Source: an uncultured Actinomycetes bacterium
Lineage (GTDB): Bacteria; Actinomycetota; UBA4738; HRBIN12
Length of the DNA: 64,000 nucleotides
Reading direction: 5' to 3'
Assembly (NCBI GenBank): GCA_963728735.1
Contig: CAVSLX010000021.1
Span: forward strand, 4,518 to 68,517
The notes under the pieces were generated by a model. The model saw only the letters and a program-made list of their open reading frames with translations. It was not told the origin of the DNA and ran no database searches. The translations under genes and the position numbers were made by a program. Every line of letters begins with the position of its first letter. The stretch's first letter is position 1. This document shows positions 60,965-64,000 of this stretch, piece after piece.

Positions 60965-61684
60965 TGCTGCGCGCCGAGCGGCTCTGAAGGCGTATCGCGC
61001 GCCCGGCGGGCGCGCCGATGCGCGTGCTCGCGGCGTCGACCTCGCGCGTCGGCGGCCGGGGAGCTGGCCGTGGTCGCCGGCGCGTCGGGCTCGGGCAAGA
61101 GCACGCTGCTCAACGTGCTGGGGCTGCTCGAGGACGCCGACGCCGGCGAGGTCGTGCGTACGGCGGCGAGCGGGTGAGCGCGCCTCGGCCGCTCGCGGCA
61201 AGAGCCGGGCGCGCGGCCGCGTCGTCGGCTTCGTGTTCCAGTCGTTCCTGCTGCTGCCCTCGCTCACCGCGCTCGACAACGTGCTGCTGGCCGCCCGCTA
61301 CGTGGGCGGCGCGACCGGGCGCGCCGCGCGGCGCGCGCGCGAGCTGCTCGAGCGAGTTCGGGGTGGCGCGAGCGCGCGCGACCACTATCCGCCGCAGCTC
61401 TCCGGCGGCGAGCAGCAGCGCGTGGCCTTCTGCCGCGCGGTGCTCAACGATCCGCCCGCTCCTGCTGGCCGACGAGCCGACCGGCAACCTCGACGACGCG
61501 AACGGCCGCGTCATCCTCGAGGCGCTCCGGCGCGCGGGCGCGGGCCGGCGCCGCCGTGGTCGTGGTGAGCCACCGCGCGGACGCCGCGCTGGGCGCCGAC
61601 CGCGTGTACCGATCGCAGGCGGGACGGCTCGAGCCCGGATCCCCCATCCGGACGGAGGAACCCCATGAAGCGGAGGCGCTGTGA
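60964..61684 (+). pseudogene. ABC transporter ATP-binding protein (MacB/LolD-type); frameshifted
   Basis: GASGSGKSTLLNVLGLL (Walker A), GFVFQSFLLLPSLTALDNV, LSGGEQQRVAFCRA, LLLADEPTGNLD (Walker B). Confidence 0.78.
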
Positions 61685-62053
61685 TCAAGACCCTCGTGCT
61701 GGTCCTCATCGCCGGCCTGCTCGGCGGCGCCGGTCACGTCATGCTCGCCAAGGGCATGAAGACCATCGGCGACCTGACCGAGGCGCCGAGCTCGCCGCCT
61801 GGGCGGCATGGTGGGCCGCGTCGTCAGCAACCCATGGGTGCTGTTCGGCGTCGTGCTGCAGGCGGCCTTCTTCTTCCTGTACCTTACGCTGCTCTCACGC
61901 GCCGAGGTGAGCCAGATCTTGCCCATGACGGCCTTCGACTACATCGTGGTCGCGCTGCTGGCCCAGCTCATGCTGGGCGAGGCGGTGACGCCGGCGCGCT
62001 GGACCGGCATCGGCTTCATCGTGCTCGGCGTCTTCCTGGTCGGCCGCACCTGA
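61681..62053 (+). pseudogene. Small DMT/EamA-like four-helix membrane protein (ArnE/ArnF-sized); one frameshift
   Basis: MIKTLVLVLIAGLLGGAGHVMLAKGMK... / NPWVLFGVVLQAAFFFLYLTLLSRAEVSQILPMTAFDYIVVALLAQLMLGEAVTPARWTGIGFIVLGVFLV. Confidence 0.62.
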
Positions 62054-62059
62054 GCCGAG

Positions 62060-63544
62060 ATGCCGATGCCGGACTACTGCGCACGCTGTTCCTGCACCCG
62101 CCGTCCTTCGAGGGCTTCGACGGCGGCGCCGGCTCGCGCTACCAGGCGCGCCGCGAGGTGCGCTCGTTCTGGTACCCGACGTGGCTGGCGCAACCCGCGG
62201 CGCTGGTCCCGGGCTCGCGCCTGGTGGACGCGCCGCCCGCGGGGCTCACGCTCGACGACGTGCTGCCCGCTGGCGCGCGACTACGACCTGGCGGTGCTCC
62301 ACACGAGCACGCCCTCCTTCGCCGCACGACGTGCGCGTGGCCGAGGCGCTGCAAGGCGCGGCGAACCCGCGCTCTGCGGATCGGCTTCGTGGGCGCCCAC
62401 GTGGCCGTGCACCGCGAGCAGGCGCTGCGCGGCGTCGCCCGCCATCGAGTTCGTGGCGCGGCAACGAGTTCGACTTCACGATCCAGGAGGTGGCCGAGGG
62501 GCGGCCCGTCGCGCAGCGTGCGCGGGCTCAGCTACCGCGACGAACGGCTCGCGTGCGCCGCACGCCCGAGCGCGCCGCCGCTCGAGGACATGGACGCGCT
62601 GCCCTTCGTGGTCGACGTCTACAAGCGCGACCTCGACGGTCGAGCACTACTTCATCGGCTACCTGCTGCATCCCTACGTGTCGCTCTACACGGGCCGCGG
62701 CTGCCGCTCGAAGTGCACGTTCTGCCTCTGGCCCCAGACCGTGGGCGGCCAGCGCTACCGCACGCGCTCGCGTCGGGCCACGTCGTCGGCGGAGATCGCG
62801 CGCGCGCAGCGGCTCTTCCCGCAGGTGCAGGAGTTCTTCTTCGACGACGACACCTTCACCGACGACCTGCCGCGCGCCGAGGCCATCGCGCGCGGGCTCG
62901 GCCGGCTCGGCGTCACCTGGTCGTGCAACGCGAAGGCGAACGTGCCCGCCGCGCACGCTCAAGGTGCTGCGCGACAACGGCCTGCGCCTGCTGCTGGTGG
63001 GCTACGAGTCGGGCAACCAGGCCATCCTGAACAACATCAAGAAGGGCATCCGCCTCGACGTCGCGCGGCGAGTTCACCCGGCACGCCAAGGCGCTCGGCA
63101 TCACGATCCACGGCACGTTCATCCTCGGGCTGCCCGGCGAGACGCCGCGAGACGATCGAGGAGACGATCCGCTTCGCCTGCGAGATCGACCCGCACACGA
63201 TCCAGGTGTCGCTCGCCGCGCCGTATCCCGGGCACCGAGCTGCACCGCCAGGCGCAGCGAGCAGGGCTGGCTGCCAGGCGACGACCTCGTCGACGCGGGC
63301 GGCGTGCAGCTGAGCGCGCTCGGCTACCCGCACCTGCCGCACACGGAGATCTTCGCGGCGGTGGAGCGCTTCTACCGGCGCTTCTACTTCCGGCCGCGCA
63401 AGATCATCGGCGCTCGGCGCTCGAGATGCTGCGCGACGCGCCATCCTGCGGCGGCGCCTGGGCGAGGGCGCGGACTTCCTGGGCTTCCTCGCGCGCCGCC
63501 GCGGGCTCAGCGCCGCGGCGCGAGCAGCTCGTCCACGGTCGTGA
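62060..63544 (+). pseudogene. B12-binding-domain radical SAM protein of the HpnJ type; multiply frameshifted
   Basis: LRTLFLHPPSFEGFDGGAGSRYQARREVRSFWYPTWLAQPAALVPGSRLVDAPP; DYDLAVLHTSTPSF; YVSLYTGRGCRSKCTFCLWPQT (CxxxCxxC); FFFDDDTFT; LLVGYESGNQAILNNIKKG; HTIQVSLAAPYPGT; ERFYRRFYFRPRKI. Both ends are approximate. Confidence 0.75.
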
Positions 63545-64000
63545 GCGCGTAGCCGCGCTCGCGCAGGCCGGCCAGCAGCGGCGGCAGCGCGTCCACCAGC
63601 CGGCCGGGAGCGCCCGGCGTGCCCTCGGCATCGTGCAGGTCCACGATCGCGCCCGGGTGCGCGCGCCGCAGCACGTCCTCGACCTGGCGGCCCGCCGCGA
63701 CCGGGCGGCGGCCCTCCGGCTGGATGGACCAGAACACGCACCGCTCGCCGACCCGTCGCAGCGCCGGGAACATCGCGGCGTTGACCATGCCCCACGGCGG
63801 CCGGAAGTGGCGCGGCGCCACGCCCGCGAGCCCGGCCAGCGCCTCGTGCGCGCGCTCGATCTCGCTCGCGGTCGTGCGGGGCCCGCAGAACCACAGACAG
63901 CGATGCGACCACGAGTGGCTGGCGACCTCGTGGCCCTCGGCGACCATGCGGCGGACGACGTCGGCGCCCGCTGCGCCCGCTCGGCCACCAGGAAGAACGT
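63507..64000 (-). pseudogene. Polysaccharide deacetylase (NodB homology) family protein; 5' end beyond the window, frameshifted near 63,950
   Basis: TFFLVAERA..., EGHEVASHSWSH (H-S-x-x-H), HFRPPWGM (RPPxG), GAIVDLHD. The stop at 63507 is convergent with the radical SAM gene. Confidence 0.72.

Overview
High-GC 64-kb window with no rRNA, CRISPR array, transposase or integrase that I could recognise. It does not read as one coherent genome segment. (A) 1-~47,645 is actinobacterial-type chromosome. Markers are a WhiB-family regulator, a PASTA-containing class A PBP next to a membrane metallophosphoesterase (the whiB4-ponA2-Rv3683 type of neighbourhood), AdnAB-like helicase-nucleases, a VapBC module, tRNA-Pro(CGG), selAB, rpsD and a leaderless-looking promoter. 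It opens with two giant secreted repeat proteins; the first carries at least 7 near-identical 363-bp tandem repeats. A lipid-type cluster follows: fatty acyl-CoA reductase::HAD-IB fusion, Zn-ADH, LarA-like protein, PlsC-like acyltransferase and TetR. (B) ~47,646-~54,731 looks proteobacterial: two Bug/TctC-type binding proteins, an SDR, a beta-propeller protein, a ThDP enzyme, DUF1772, a NitT/TauT-type binding protein, and a luciferase-like monooxygenase start cut after about 10 codons. (C) ~54,732-64,000 is visibly even more GC-rich. It carries ACP, two ketosynthases, a GT2, a WxWxIP flavin halogenase-like enzyme, a MacB/Lol-type ABC exporter, a small DMT protein, an HpnJ-like B12/radical-SAM enzyme and a NodB-type deacetylase. 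Genes are cut mid-ORF at both A/B and B/C boundaries, so these are most likely assembly or concatenation joins, not islands. Reading frames are broken by many 1-nt indels in 1-19.9 kb and 47.6-64 kb, including essential rpsD, whereas 20-47.6 kb is clean. I therefore read the frameshifts as sequence errors, and the boundaries of disrupted genes are approximate. The best candidates for follow-up are the segment C lipid/polyketide-glycosyl cluster, the reductase-HAD/LarA-like/PlsC cluster, a possible c-di-AMP (ydaO-type) riboswitch ahead of an NlpC/P60 hydrolase, and the repeat-protein locus.
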